A DNA stretch of 32,000 bases from Formosa sp. Hel1_33_131 (lineage in GTDB: Bacteria; Bacteroidota; Bacteroidia; Flavobacteriales; Flavobacteriaceae), in assembly GCF_001735745.1 (NCBI RefSeq), contig NZ_CP017260.1, positions 1,410,001 to 1,442,000 on the forward strand. The letters run 5' to 3'. Numbering within the stretch: the stretch's first letter is position 1; each line of letters begins with the position of its first letter. This document shows, in pieces, positions 1 through 7,917 of this stretch. Below the pieces are notes generated by a model that saw nothing but the letters and a program-made list of their open reading frames with translations, was not told the DNA's origin and searched no databases. Made by a program: the position numbers and the translations under genes.

Positions 1-912
1 CTCAAAGCTTTGAAAGCTGATTACGCGAAAATGATTGTCAAGTCCTATAAGAGCCGAGCCGATCAAAGTAAGCTTATGTTTTTACTGTCGTCCGCCAATT
101 TTCAACAAGCTTATAAACGCTTACAGTATATAAAACAATACGCCAATTATCAAAAGCTTCAAGCGGAGTTGATCAAGACAGAAACGGCTAAAATGCAACA
201 GCTAAACATTGAACTTGTCACTCAAAAAAAGAACAAGCAAACGCTTATTGAAGAGAATAAAATGGCTAAGTCGATTTTTGACAAAGAACGCACACAGCAA
301 AACACCTTGATTAAAGACATTAAAAATAATTTATCCAAGTTTACGGCGCAGATAAAAACCAAACAACGGGAATCGAATAAGATTGATAAAGAAATTCGGA
401 AAATTATTCAAGCCGCTATCGCAGCTTCCAATAAAAAAGCAGGGAAATCTTCAAAATCAAAAGTGTTTTCATTGACTCCTGAGCAAAAGATTTTAGCTGC
501 AAATTTCACCTCTAATAAAGGCAAGCTTCCATGGCCTGTTGCCAATGGAGTGGTCAAATTAAGGTATGGAAATAATCCGTCTCCGATCGATCGATCTTTA
601 ACGATTAAAAGTAATGGCGTCCGAATTGCAACTAATATAGGCGAGGAAGTCCGTGCCGTGTTTGAAGGCGTTGTACAGGGTATTATGACCCCAAAAAACG
701 GAAACAACACCATCATGATTAGACACGGAAATTACATTACCGTCTATAAAAACCTGTCTAAATTTTATGTTCAAAAAGGAGATAAGGTGACCACAAAACA
801 AGTGATTGGAGAGGTGATTACCAACAAAGCCTCAGGGGAATCCATTCTTAGTTTTGGGATCTATAAGGACAGTTCGATACAAAACCCTTCACAGTGGATT
901 TACCGTTTATAA
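1..912 (+). CDS. M23-family peptidoglycan metallopeptidase / EnvC-like murein hydrolase activator (5' end outside the window)
   Basis: The frame is open back to base 1 (ctc aaa gct precede the listed TTG at 10). A long K/Q/E-rich coiled-coil N-terminal part is followed by a LytM/M23-like C-terminal domain (GVRIATNIGEEVRAVFEGVV, IMIRHGNYITVYKNL, VQKGDKV..QVIGEV). Confidence 0.85.
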   Translation, partial: LKALKADYAKMIVKSYKSRADQSKLMFLLSSANFQQAYKRLQYIKQYANYQKLQAELIKTETAKMQQLNIELVTQKKNKQTLIEENKMAKSIFDKERTQQNTLIKDIKNNLSKFTAQIKTKQRESNKIDKEIRKIIQAAIAASNKKAGKSSKSKVFSLTPEQKILAANFTSNKGKLPWPVANGVVKLRYGNNPSPIDRSLTIKSNGVRIATNIGEEVRAVFEGVVQGIMTPKNGNNTIMIRHGNYITVYKNLSKFYVQKGDKVTTKQVIGEVITNKASGESILSFGIYKDSSIQNPSQWIYRL

Positions 913-916
913 GCTC

Positions 917-1426
917 TTAGCTAAAAAGGGCTTTTAGTTCCGTTGCCTCTTGTGCCTTCATTTTTCCGGCTAAGACCAAACTCAATTGTTTGCGTCTCAA
1001 AGCACCTTCAAAACGTTGAATTTCTTCTTTCGTCTCAGGCACCAATTGTGGAATTGAAACAGGAACTCCGTGACCATCTACAGCCACAAACGTGAAAATA
1101 GCTTCGTTTACTTTTACAGATGTTTCAGTCTTCTTGTCATCTACCCAAACATCAATGTACACTTCCATCGAACTTTTAAATGCACGTGTGACTTTGGCTG
1201 CAACGGTTACGATACTTCCCAAAGGAACGGCATGTTTAAATGCTACATGATTCACAGAAGCTGTCACTACAATTTCACCGGAATGACGCTCCGCAGCAAT
1301 GCTGGCCGCACGGTCCATTCGCGCTAACAATTCGCCTCCAAACAGGGTGTGAATTGCATTTGTTTCGCTTGGCAGTACCAAGTCGGTCATGGTTGTTTTT
1401 GAGTCTTTAGGATGTTTAGATTCCAT
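917..1426 (-). CDS. acyl-CoA thioesterase (hotdog fold, YciA/BFIT-like)
   Basis: 169-aa ORF with an ATG at 1426. Hotdog thioesterase pattern: PSETNAIHTLFGGELLARMDRAA..VTASV..V.F..PV..G. It is convergent with the M23 gene across a 4-nt gap. Confidence 0.85.
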   Translation of the reverse strand: MESKHPKDSKTTMTDLVLPSETNAIHTLFGGELLARMDRAASIAAERHSGEIVVTASVNHVAFKHAVPLGSIVTVAAKVTRAFKSSMEVYIDVWVDDKKTETSVKVNEAIFTFVAVDGHGVPVSIPQLVPETKEEIQRFEGALRRKQLSLVLAGKMKAQEATELKALFS

Positions 1427-1498
1427 AGAGTTAAAATGTATAAGGGTGTAAAGTACAGAAGGCTGTACGGAATTGAATATTAATAAAATTGAAGTGTA

Positions 1499-2434
1499 TT
1501 ACGGAATGTCTTTTATCAACAACCATGCGGCACGATTTTCTGCCTTTCTAATTTTGAACAATGCTTTTTCAGCGTCTTTTCGAGTTTCAAAGCTTTCATA
1601 CACAACCTGATGTAAACCGTATCTATTGACACCGATCAAACGTGCATTATAGCCCAAAGCTTTCAGTTGTTGTAATTTTCGTTCGCTATTTGCTTTCACT
1701 CTAAACGCTCCAGCTACGATATGAAAATCGCCACTTTGTTTTTTTAAACTCACCATGACAGCAGGCAATGGATTGTCAATTACAAAAGTAGCTTCTTGTA
1801 TTTTAGTGTCTAAGGTTGCATTGGCGGTAGATTGTGCTACATTGTTTTGCTGCTCAATTTGAGAAAGGTATATATTAGATCCAATAGATCCACCCAAGCC
1901 AAGTGCCAGTACTGCAATGGCTGCATATTTCATGTATAATCCAGACTTACGTCTAGGAGCCAAGGCAATCGCACCCGAAGCTTCTAGTTTCTGAACAACC
2001 GCTTGATGCGCTTGTCGTTCTACAGAAGGGGATACAAAAGAAGCCAAGCCAAAAGACTCGGTCATATAATTGAGACTGTCAGCCGGTACAAACAAGATTT
2101 TGCCTTCTTCAGAAGCGGTTAATTCTCCAATATGATTGAACTCAACAGTGTCTCCTTTTTCTAAACGTGATTTTAATTGAGAAACTTGTTGCTCAATTTT
2201 GTGAGTAGCACCTTCAAAACTAATGTTTTCTACATCAGAAATATAGGAAGCCAGAAGGCCGTCATTAGATTGAAGCTGTCCATTAAATGACAACTGTTTC
2301 TGTGGCGGATAAAAATCACTCGTAGCCTCATTAATTCTCGCCGATATTGGATGCGATAAAAACGCTCCAAAGTGAGGGAGTGTAACGCATTCATAGCGGT
2401 ATAGTAAATCGCTGATGTACTGACTTAGTTGCAT
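1499..2434 (-). CDS. SPOR-domain protein with an HU-like N-terminal domain and one TM segment
   Basis: The C-terminus GDFHIVAGAFRVKANSERKLQQLKALGYNARLIG..YGLHQVVYESFETRKDAEKAL is a typical SPOR repeat. A central hydrophobic helix reads YAAIAVLALGLGGSIG. The N-terminus LPHFGAFL is HU/CCDC81-like. Confidence 0.8.
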   Translation of the reverse strand: MQLSQYISDLLYRYECVTLPHFGAFLSHPISARINEATSDFYPPQKQLSFNGQLQSNDGLLASYISDVENISFEGATHKIEQQVSQLKSRLEKGDTVEFNHIGELTASEEGKILFVPADSLNYMTESFGLASFVSPSVERQAHQAVVQKLEASGAIALAPRRKSGLYMKYAAIAVLALGLGGSIGSNIYLSQIEQQNNVAQSTANATLDTKIQEATFVIDNPLPAVMVSLKKQSGDFHIVAGAFRVKANSERKLQQLKALGYNARLIGVNRYGLHQVVYESFETRKDAEKALFKIRKAENRAAWLLIKDIP

Positions 2435-2495
2435 AAATTCAAAGTTAGAAAATTTTTCATCATAAAAAAGTCTTTTTTTTATAATATCAAAGTTT

Positions 2496-3227
2496 TTATT
2501 TTCGAGAGCTCAGTTTTCCAAGCAATTTGAGTATTTCAAGGTACAACCAGATAAGTGTTACCAACAACCCAAACGCTCCATACCATTCCATGTATTTTGG
2601 AGCGCCATTCGCCGCGCCTTGTTCAATGAAGTCAAAATCCATCACTAAATTTAAGGAGGCGATAACGACCACAAAAAGAGAAAAACCAATGCTTAACATG
2701 GAGGCATTTGTAGGATCCATAATTGGCAAACCGCTCCCTCCAAACATACTCATTAAAAAACTAATTAAATAGACCACACCAATCCCAGCGGTTGCTGCAA
2801 ATACGCCTAATTTAAAATTCTCTGTTGCTCGGATTATTTTTGTTTTGTAAGCGAATAAAAGCGCAAACAAAATTCCTAAAGTAAGTGAAATGGCTTGAGG
2901 AACAATGCCAGGTTCAAATGCATCTGCATACATTTTAGAAATTCCACCAAGTGCCAATCCTTCTAAAACCGCATAGATTGGAACCGTAATCGGTGACCAT
3001 TCTTTTTTAAAGATCGTTACAATCGCGACGACCAAGCCTCCAATAGAGCCAATAAGCACATAATCCATAATCGCATTGCTATAGGTATAATAGGCCGCAA
3101 ACAATAAGATTCCCATACTAATAGCGGTTTTATTTACGGCACCATCAAGGGTCATCACTTCATTTGAGGTAGATTTTAAGTTTTCAAAACTTTTTTTGCT
3201 GAGGGCGGGATTTCCTGATTTTATCAT
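2496..3227 (-). CDS. Bax inhibitor-1 / YccA family membrane protein
   Basis: Multi-pass hydrophobic protein with a BI-1-like C-terminus (DFDFIEQG...YMEWYGAFGLLVTLIWLYLEILKLL). The track start at 3287 is a TTG. The ATG at 3227 (MIKSGNPALS) gives the usual family length. Confidence 0.85.
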   Translation of the reverse strand: MIKSGNPALSKKSFENLKSTSNEVMTLDGAVNKTAISMGILLFAAYYTYSNAIMDYVLIGSIGGLVVAIVTIFKKEWSPITVPIYAVLEGLALGGISKMYADAFEPGIVPQAISLTLGILFALLFAYKTKIIRATENFKLGVFAATAGIGVVYLISFLMSMFGGSGLPIMDPTNASMLSIGFSLFVVVIASLNLVMDFDFIEQGAANGAPKYMEWYGAFGLLVTLIWLYLEILKLLGKLSSRK

Positions 3228-3348
3228 TGTGGGCTTGATTAATGTATAATTCGTTTTTCTTCTAACAAATTTATAGAAAAATAACAAAATAAAAAAGGGA
3301 GTCTGTTAAAGCTTGAATTTAAGGCAACCAATGAAATGAAAAATTCAT

Positions 3349-3356
3349 TACTTTTG
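3349..3356 (+). promoter_or_regulatory. Bacteroidota -7 promoter box (TAnnTTTG) upstream of dprA
   Basis: Exact match tacttttg, 38 nt upstream of the dprA ATG, in the divergent intergenic region. Confidence 0.4.
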
Positions 3357-3393
3357 AACAGCTTATTGCCCAAAAGCTCAAATCGAAAATGCT

Positions 3394-4494
3394 ATGAACA
3401 CGCCTCAATTACTGTACGCCCTCGCCTTGCAGGCCGTGCCCAATATTGGTGATATTACCGCCAAAAAACTGATTCATCACTGTGGAAGCCCCGAAGCGGT
3501 TTTTAAAGAATCCAAAGTCAACCTTTTGAAAATTGAAGGCATCGGCACGCATACCATCAAAAATATCAGTGTCTCCAAATATCTCAAAGCGGCCGAAAAA
3601 GAGCTTGATTTTATAGAAAAACAATCGATTCAAGGGTTGTATTTTGAAGATTCTAACTATCCGTTTAAACTAAAACACTGTATTGATGGCCCCATTGTGT
3701 TGTTTCAAAAAGGAAGTATTGACTGGGACAAACAGCCCATTATTAGTGTTGTTGGCACCCGAAAAATCACGACTTATGGGCTGGCGCAGTGTGAAAAAAT
3801 AATTGAAACCCTCGCGGTTTTCAACCCCATTATTGTATCTGGATTTGCGTATGGAACAGATATTGCGGCGCATAAAGCAGCATTAAAACACCAACTGCAA
3901 ACGGTGGGCTGTATGGCGCAAGGCCTTCAAAATACGTATCCAAAACAACATCTCAAATATCGAAATTTGATAGAAAACCAAGGCGGGTTTGTAACCGATT
4001 TTTGGAGTACAGCGATGATGGATCCTTCTAATTTTTTAAAACGCAACCGTCTTATTGCAGGATTGAGTGAGGCCACAATTGTGATTGAATCTGCTGAGAA
4101 AGGAGGGAGTTTGGCTACAGCGACGATGGCTCTTGATTACAATAGAGAGGTGTTTGCGCTTCCCGGACGCATTACGGACAGTCAAAGTCAAGGCTGTCTG
4201 AATTTGATTAAAACTAAAAACGCACATTTGGTTTCTAATCCAGCAGACATTCCTTATATCCTAAACTGGTCGCTCGAAACCCAAAAAAAAGTGATCCAAA
4301 AAAAGTTGTTTGTAGAACTCGATTCCGACGAGAAAATTATTTATAACTATTTAAAAAAAGAAGGAACCTCTGTCTTGGATATTATAGCGATCGCATGCGA
4401 AATGCCCACCTCTAAAGCGGCTTATTTATTATTAAATCTGGAATTAAAAGGTGTTTCTCGACCCCTGCCCGGAAAACAATTTGAGTTGGTTTAG
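3394..4494 (+). CDS. dprA: DNA-processing protein DprA
   Basis: 366 aa with the DprA Rossmann core (VVGTRK.T.YG......L......IVSG.A.G.D..AH..AL; NRLIAGLS..T.V.E...KGGSL.TA..A....R.VFA.PG). Confidence 0.9.
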   Translation: MNTPQLLYALALQAVPNIGDITAKKLIHHCGSPEAVFKESKVNLLKIEGIGTHTIKNISVSKYLKAAEKELDFIEKQSIQGLYFEDSNYPFKLKHCIDGPIVLFQKGSIDWDKQPIISVVGTRKITTYGLAQCEKIIETLAVFNPIIVSGFAYGTDIAAHKAALKHQLQTVGCMAQGLQNTYPKQHLKYRNLIENQGGFVTDFWSTAMMDPSNFLKRNRLIAGLSEATIVIESAEKGGSLATATMALDYNREVFALPGRITDSQSQGCLNLIKTKNAHLVSNPADIPYILNWSLETQKKVIQKKLFVELDSDEKIIYNYLKKEGTSVLDIIAIACEMPTSKAAYLLLNLELKGVSRPLPGKQFELV

Positions 4495-5459
4495 TAGCCT
4501 ATTTTCTCACGAACACGTGCTAAAACAGCATCAGCCACAGCGGCGGCTTTTTTAGCGCCTATGGAGAGGGCTTGGTCTATTTCTTCTAGGTTGGACATAT
4601 AATAATTGAAACGCTCTCTTGGTTCGGAGAATCGCTCACATATCAGTTCAAACAACGCCTGTTTTGCATGGCCATAGCCATAACCACCTGCTTCGTAGTT
4701 TTGTTTCATCTCCGTTATTTGCGCCTCTGAAGCTACGAGCTTATAAATGGCAAAACAATTACAGCTTGCCCAATCTTTTGGAGCTTCAAGCGCTGTGCTA
4801 TCGGTTTGAATGGACATGATTTGTTTTCGCAAGGCTTTATCCGTTTGAAAAATATCAATGACATTGCCTTTACTCTTGCTCATTTTTTGTCCATCCAGTC
4901 CTGGGATGAGCATGTTTTCTTTTTGAATTTTAGCTTCAGGGATGACAAAAACCTCGCCTATTTTAGAGTGCACTCTAGAGGCCACATCTCGGGTCATTTC
5001 AATGTGTTGGAGCTGGTCTTTCCCCACAGGAATAATATTGGCATCGTACAGCAAGATGTCTGCAGCCATCAACATTGGGTAGGTGAACAACCCGCCATTC
5101 ACATCTTCCAAGCGGTCTGCCTTGTCTTTGAAACTGTGGGCTAATTCCAATCGAGAAAACGGAAAAAAGCAGCTTAAATACCAAGACAACTCCGTGACTT
5201 GCGGTACATCGCTTTGTCTGTAAAAGACTGTTTTTTGGATGTCCAAGCCAAACGCCAACCAAGTAGCGGCCGTGGCATAGGTGTTTTGTCGCAGTGTGTT
5301 CGCATCTTTAATTTGAGTGAGCGAATGCATATCGGCAATAAATAGATAAGAATCGTTTTTTGGGTCGTTACTCATTTCAATTGCAGGAACAATTGCACCT
5401 AAAATATTTCCTAAGTGCGGGGTGCCTGTACTCTGTACGCCTGTTAAAATTCTTGCCAT
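4491..5459 (-). CDS. trpS: tryptophan--tRNA ligase
   Basis: Class I aaRS signatures: GTPHLGN (HIGH-like) and KMSKS. Length 322 aa. Its stop overlaps the dprA stop by 4 nt in convergent orientation. Confidence 0.95.
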   Translation of the reverse strand: MARILTGVQSTGTPHLGNILGAIVPAIEMSNDPKNDSYLFIADMHSLTQIKDANTLRQNTYATAATWLAFGLDIQKTVFYRQSDVPQVTELSWYLSCFFPFSRLELAHSFKDKADRLEDVNGGLFTYPMLMAADILLYDANIIPVGKDQLQHIEMTRDVASRVHSKIGEVFVIPEAKIQKENMLIPGLDGQKMSKSKGNVIDIFQTDKALRKQIMSIQTDSTALEAPKDWASCNCFAIYKLVASEAQITEMKQNYEAGGYGYGHAKQALFELICERFSEPRERFNYYMSNLEEIDQALSIGAKKAAAVADAVLARVREKIGY

Positions 5460-5545
5460 TTTCTATTTTTTATCCGAATGAAAAGCAAAGGTACTTTTTT
5501 TGAGGCAATCCCTCAATATTTTTAGGAGTTTTGAGTGTGGGGGTT

Positions 5546-5980
5546 CTATCTAGGTGCTATGCCACTGTCTAATTGACGCTCTACTATTTGTTCCAGCACA
5601 TTTTGTTTAAATTCAAACCAACTTTGTCTGAAATTAGACTGGTCGATTTTATGTTTAAAATTCTGAAATGGCTTCTTACTCGTCAAAATAGTTTTCAACT
5701 CTGTTTTAAGTTTTTTATCAGTTATCTGACCAACAAATAATTCCATAATTTTAAATGACTCAAAACCTCTCAAGGCTTCAAATTTTATAAAATCCGACGG
5801 ACTCTTTTTAATTTTTTGTAAATCGGTTTGAAAAGCTTCTTTAAAATGCTCCTCGTCCAAAAATTGCGAAAAGCTTGGGATTGCTATAATTTCATTTGTT
5901 TTTGAATTGTAATAGCAGTCAAATCCACAATCTAATTCTTGTGCGATATTTTTAACGATATTTTGTTTAGGATCATCCAA
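5546..5980 (-). CDS. UPF0158-like small protein of unknown function
   Basis: 144-aa ORF. The pattern CYYNSKTNEIIAIP ... KPFQNFKHKI ... WFEFK resembles the UPF0158 family as I remember it. The only start candidate in this frame is the TTG at 5978-5980, because a stop lies 8 codons upstream. It overlaps the upstream gene by 8 nt. Confidence 0.6.
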   Translation of the reverse strand: MDDPKQNIVKNIAQELDCGFDCYYNSKTNEIIAIPSFSQFLDEEHFKEAFQTDLQKIKKSPSDFIKFEALRGFESFKIMELFVGQITDKKLKTELKTILTSKKPFQNFKHKIDQSNFRQSWFEFKQNVLEQIVERQLDSGIAPR

Positions 5981-6317
5981 AAAAGCAACTGTATTTATCT
6001 TCTTTTATAATTTCTATTATTTTTTCTAAGTGAGAAGATTCTGGAAATGGCTCGTAAATCTCCCATTTTCCACTTGCTCTCATCCAAAATAAACTCCATT
6101 TATTTCTTGATTTGTAATATCGAATTTTTGCAAATCCAAATTGCTCTTTCTTTTTTGGGTCATTCCAGACAGGTCTAATTTCATTTAGGATTACTATTTT
6201 TCCATCATAGGAGTATCCAATATCAATTTGTTCTCGAATATCAATATTTTCTGACCGCAGTGATTCCACATATTTTCTTATTATGAATTCATTTATATCA
6301 ATCGTTTTATTTGTCAT
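5973..6317 (-). CDS. DUF3024-like small protein of unknown function
   Basis: 114-aa ORF with an ATG at 6317. The motif FAKIRYYKSRNKWSLFWMRASGKWEIYEP resembles DUF3024 as I remember it. Confidence 0.6.
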   Translation of the reverse strand: MTNKTIDINEFIIRKYVESLRSENIDIREQIDIGYSYDGKIVILNEIRPVWNDPKKKEQFGFAKIRYYKSRNKWSLFWMRASGKWEIYEPFPESSHLEKIIEIIKEDKYSCFFG

Positions 6318-6381
6318 TTTTTTATGTTCTGTTAAGTCAGTAAATCGAAGATTCTACGCAGTCAAACTTTGTGGATCAGGG
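6317..6381. repeat. direct repeat R1, copy A (65 nt)
   Basis: tttttttatgttctgttaagtcagtaaatcgaagattctacgcagtcaaactttgtggatcaggg aligns without gaps to 7849-7913, with 54/65 identical by hand alignment. It starts directly at the DUF3024-like start codon. Confidence 0.85.
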
Positions 6382-6562
6382 ATAATCGCTTTCTCGGTTC
6401 TATTGATTGTGAAGATTGCGATTTGGGGGTCTAAATTTCAGTTCAATGTACAAACTTTTATAATAACTTCAAAAAAGGTGCTTCTAAAATTTTGTGATTC
6501 GTGTAACGGTTTAGCGCTTTTTTACTTGCCAACACCATCAACAAAAGAAAAACAACACATCC

Positions 6563-6609
6563 AAAACTGTACAGTTTTGCAATTCAATTGCATAATTGTA
6601 CAGTTTTTT
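6563..6609. promoter_or_regulatory. nested palindrome array upstream of the ATPase gene (candidate operator)
   Basis: aaaactgtacagtttt (6563-6578) is a perfect 16-bp palindrome. tgcaattcaattgca (6578-6592) is a perfect 7-1-7 palindrome. aattgtacagtttttt (6594-6609) is a degenerate second copy of the first. Confidence 0.35.
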
Positions 6610-6610
6610 G

Positions 6611-6618
6611 TAACTTTG
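6611..6618 (+). promoter_or_regulatory. Bacteroidota -7 promoter box (TAnnTTTG) 4 nt before the ATPase ATG
   Basis: Exact match taactttg. The ATG is at 6623, which implies a leaderless or near-leaderless transcript if the box is used. Confidence 0.35.
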
Positions 6619-6622
6619 CTGC

Positions 6623-7786
6623 ATGATACAAAGAGAAATCACAAAGAAACTTTTAGAGATTAGTAACTATTATCAGATTATAACAGTTACGGGCCCTAGA
6701 CAATCTGGTAAAACAACCTTAATAAAAGATGTTTTTAAAGAGTTGCCTTATGTATTATTAGAAACGCCAGATATTAGACAAAGAGCACAAGAGGACCCCA
6801 AAAGTTTTTTAAGCAACTATTCTAAAGGCGCCATTTTTGATGAAATACAAAACGTCCCAGAACTGTTTTCATATCTACAGGGAATAATCGACGAAAACAG
6901 CGCTATAAAATTTGTGCTTTCAGGTTCTCAAAATTTTTTGTTGTTAGAAAAAGTAAATCAAACCTTGGCTGGCAGAACGGGCATTCTAAAATTACTACCC
7001 TTTTCTACCGATGAATTGAAAGACTCTAACCATTGGAATGAAAATCCGTTAGAATTTGTGTTTAAAGGAATGTATCCAAGAATTTATGACAGAGGCATTC
7101 CCCCAGAACTATTCTACTCAGATTACATACAAACCTATGTAGAGAGAGACGTCAGAAGCATCAAAAACATAGGGAACTTATCAAATTTTAGTCGTTTTTT
7201 AAGCTTATGTGCTGGTAGAATTGGGCAGCTTCTAAATATTGATTCTTTAGCATCGGATGTAGGTATTGCCAGCAATACAGCAAAAGAATGGCTGTCTATT
7301 TTAGAAGCAAGTTATATTATTTATACCCTAAAACCACATCATAAAAATTTCAATAAACGCCTCGTCAAACGCCCAAAACTTTATTTTTACGATACGGGTT
7401 TGGCCTGTAATTTATTGCAAATAAACTCTGTGAATGAATTAGACATGCACTTTGCAAAAGGGAATTTATTTGAAAATTTTATTCTAACGGAACTCCTAAA
7501 AAAGCGTTTCAATAATGCAAAAACCTCCAATCTTTATTTTTGGAGAGATCATCATGGCAAAGAAATAGACTGCATTATAGAAAAAGCAAATTCGCTAATT
7601 CCTATTGAAATAAAATCCAGTAAAACCTATCAAAAGGAACACTTTAAACACATGAATTATTGGAATAAATTATCGGACAATTCAAAAGAGAATTCCTATT
7701 TAGTGTATGCGGGGAATGAAAGCGATCATTTAGCCTATGGTAACTTAATGAGTTGGAAGCATCTAAACAAAATTGATATGGATTGA
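6623..7786 (+). CDS. AAA+ ATPase with a C-terminal DUF4143 (PD-(D/E)xK-like) domain
   Basis: Walker A is GPRQSGKTT and Walker B-like is AIFDEIQ. The C-terminal FWRDHHGKEIDCIIEK...IPIEIKSS gives a D...ExK nuclease-like pattern. The length of 387 aa is typical of the AAA_14+DUF4143 family, which is abundant in Bacteroidota. Confidence 0.85.
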   Translation: MIQREITKKLLEISNYYQIITVTGPRQSGKTTLIKDVFKELPYVLLETPDIRQRAQEDPKSFLSNYSKGAIFDEIQNVPELFSYLQGIIDENSAIKFVLSGSQNFLLLEKVNQTLAGRTGILKLLPFSTDELKDSNHWNENPLEFVFKGMYPRIYDRGIPPELFYSDYIQTYVERDVRSIKNIGNLSNFSRFLSLCAGRIGQLLNIDSLASDVGIASNTAKEWLSILEASYIIYTLKPHHKNFNKRLVKRPKLYFYDTGLACNLLQINSVNELDMHFAKGNLFENFILTELLKKRFNNAKTSNLYFWRDHHGKEIDCIIEKANSLIPIEIKSSKTYQKEHFKHMNYWNKLSDNSKENSYLVYAGNESDHLAYGNLMSWKHLNKIDMD

Positions 7787-7815
7787 TTTTTCGATTTGCA
7801 AAGTCCCCCCAGTTG

Positions 7816-7832
7816 CAAAGTCTCCGACTTTG
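7816..7832 (+). terminator. hairpin downstream of the ATPase gene (weak terminator candidate)
   Basis: caaagtc-tcc-gactttg forms a 7-bp stem with a 3-nt loop. It is preceded by a direct repeat of ttgcaaagtc (7796-7805 and 7813-7822) separated by a C-run. No immediate T tract follows. Confidence 0.3.
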
Positions 7833-7848
7833 AGCCACGTATTTAATA

Positions 7849-7913
7849 TTTTTTTATGTCCCGCTAAGTCAGGAAATCAAAGATTCGACGCAGTCAAACT
7901 TTACGGAGATGGG
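7849..7913. repeat. direct repeat R1, copy B (65 nt)
   Basis: tttttttatgtcccgctaagtcaggaaatcaaagattcgacgcagtcaaactttacggagatggg lies 1532 bp downstream of copy A. It ends 4 nt before the stop of the minus-strand gene 7918-8604. Confidence 0.85.
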
Positions 7914-7917
7914 CTCG

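Noticed and set aside
408-801. Antisense ORFs 408-716 and 598-801 inside the M23 peptidase gene. The same applies to similar antisense or alternate-frame ORFs elsewhere, e.g. 1070-1327, 2527-2772, 3409-4227, 4619-5262, 8950-9216, 10699-10890, 11202-12102, 12475-12959, 14755-16065, 16709-17637, 20080-20641, 23348-23697, 25724-26011, 27642-27924, 28286-28894, 29163-29372, 30235-30471 and 31310-31522.
   Set aside because: Each lies fully within a longer ORF that has clear family signatures on the other strand or frame. Their translations are low-complexity or unrecognisable.
4491-4494. 4-nt convergent overlap of the dprA and trpS stop codons. The M23 and thioesterase genes have a comparable 4-nt convergent gap at 913-916.
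   Set aside because: This is real but ordinary compact gene packing. I see no structure or repeat associated with it.
5500-5516. Hairpin ttgagg-caatc-cctcaa flanked by T-runs, between trpS and the UPF0158-like gene.
   Set aside because: Both neighbouring genes are on the minus strand, where the stem is followed by A residues rather than U. It would only work as a terminator on the + strand, which has no gene to terminate here. The stem is only 6 bp.
6283-6663. Track ORFs 6283-6663 and 7773-7976, whose peptides share a similar segment (LCSVKSVNRRFYAVKLCGSG versus LCPAKSGNQRFDAVKLYGDG).
   Set aside because: The similarity comes from the 65-nt R1 DNA repeat. The differences are mostly non-synonymous and multi-base, the ORFs span promoters and gene ends, and both run through intergenic DNA. 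I treat this as non-coding repeat, not paralogous peptides.
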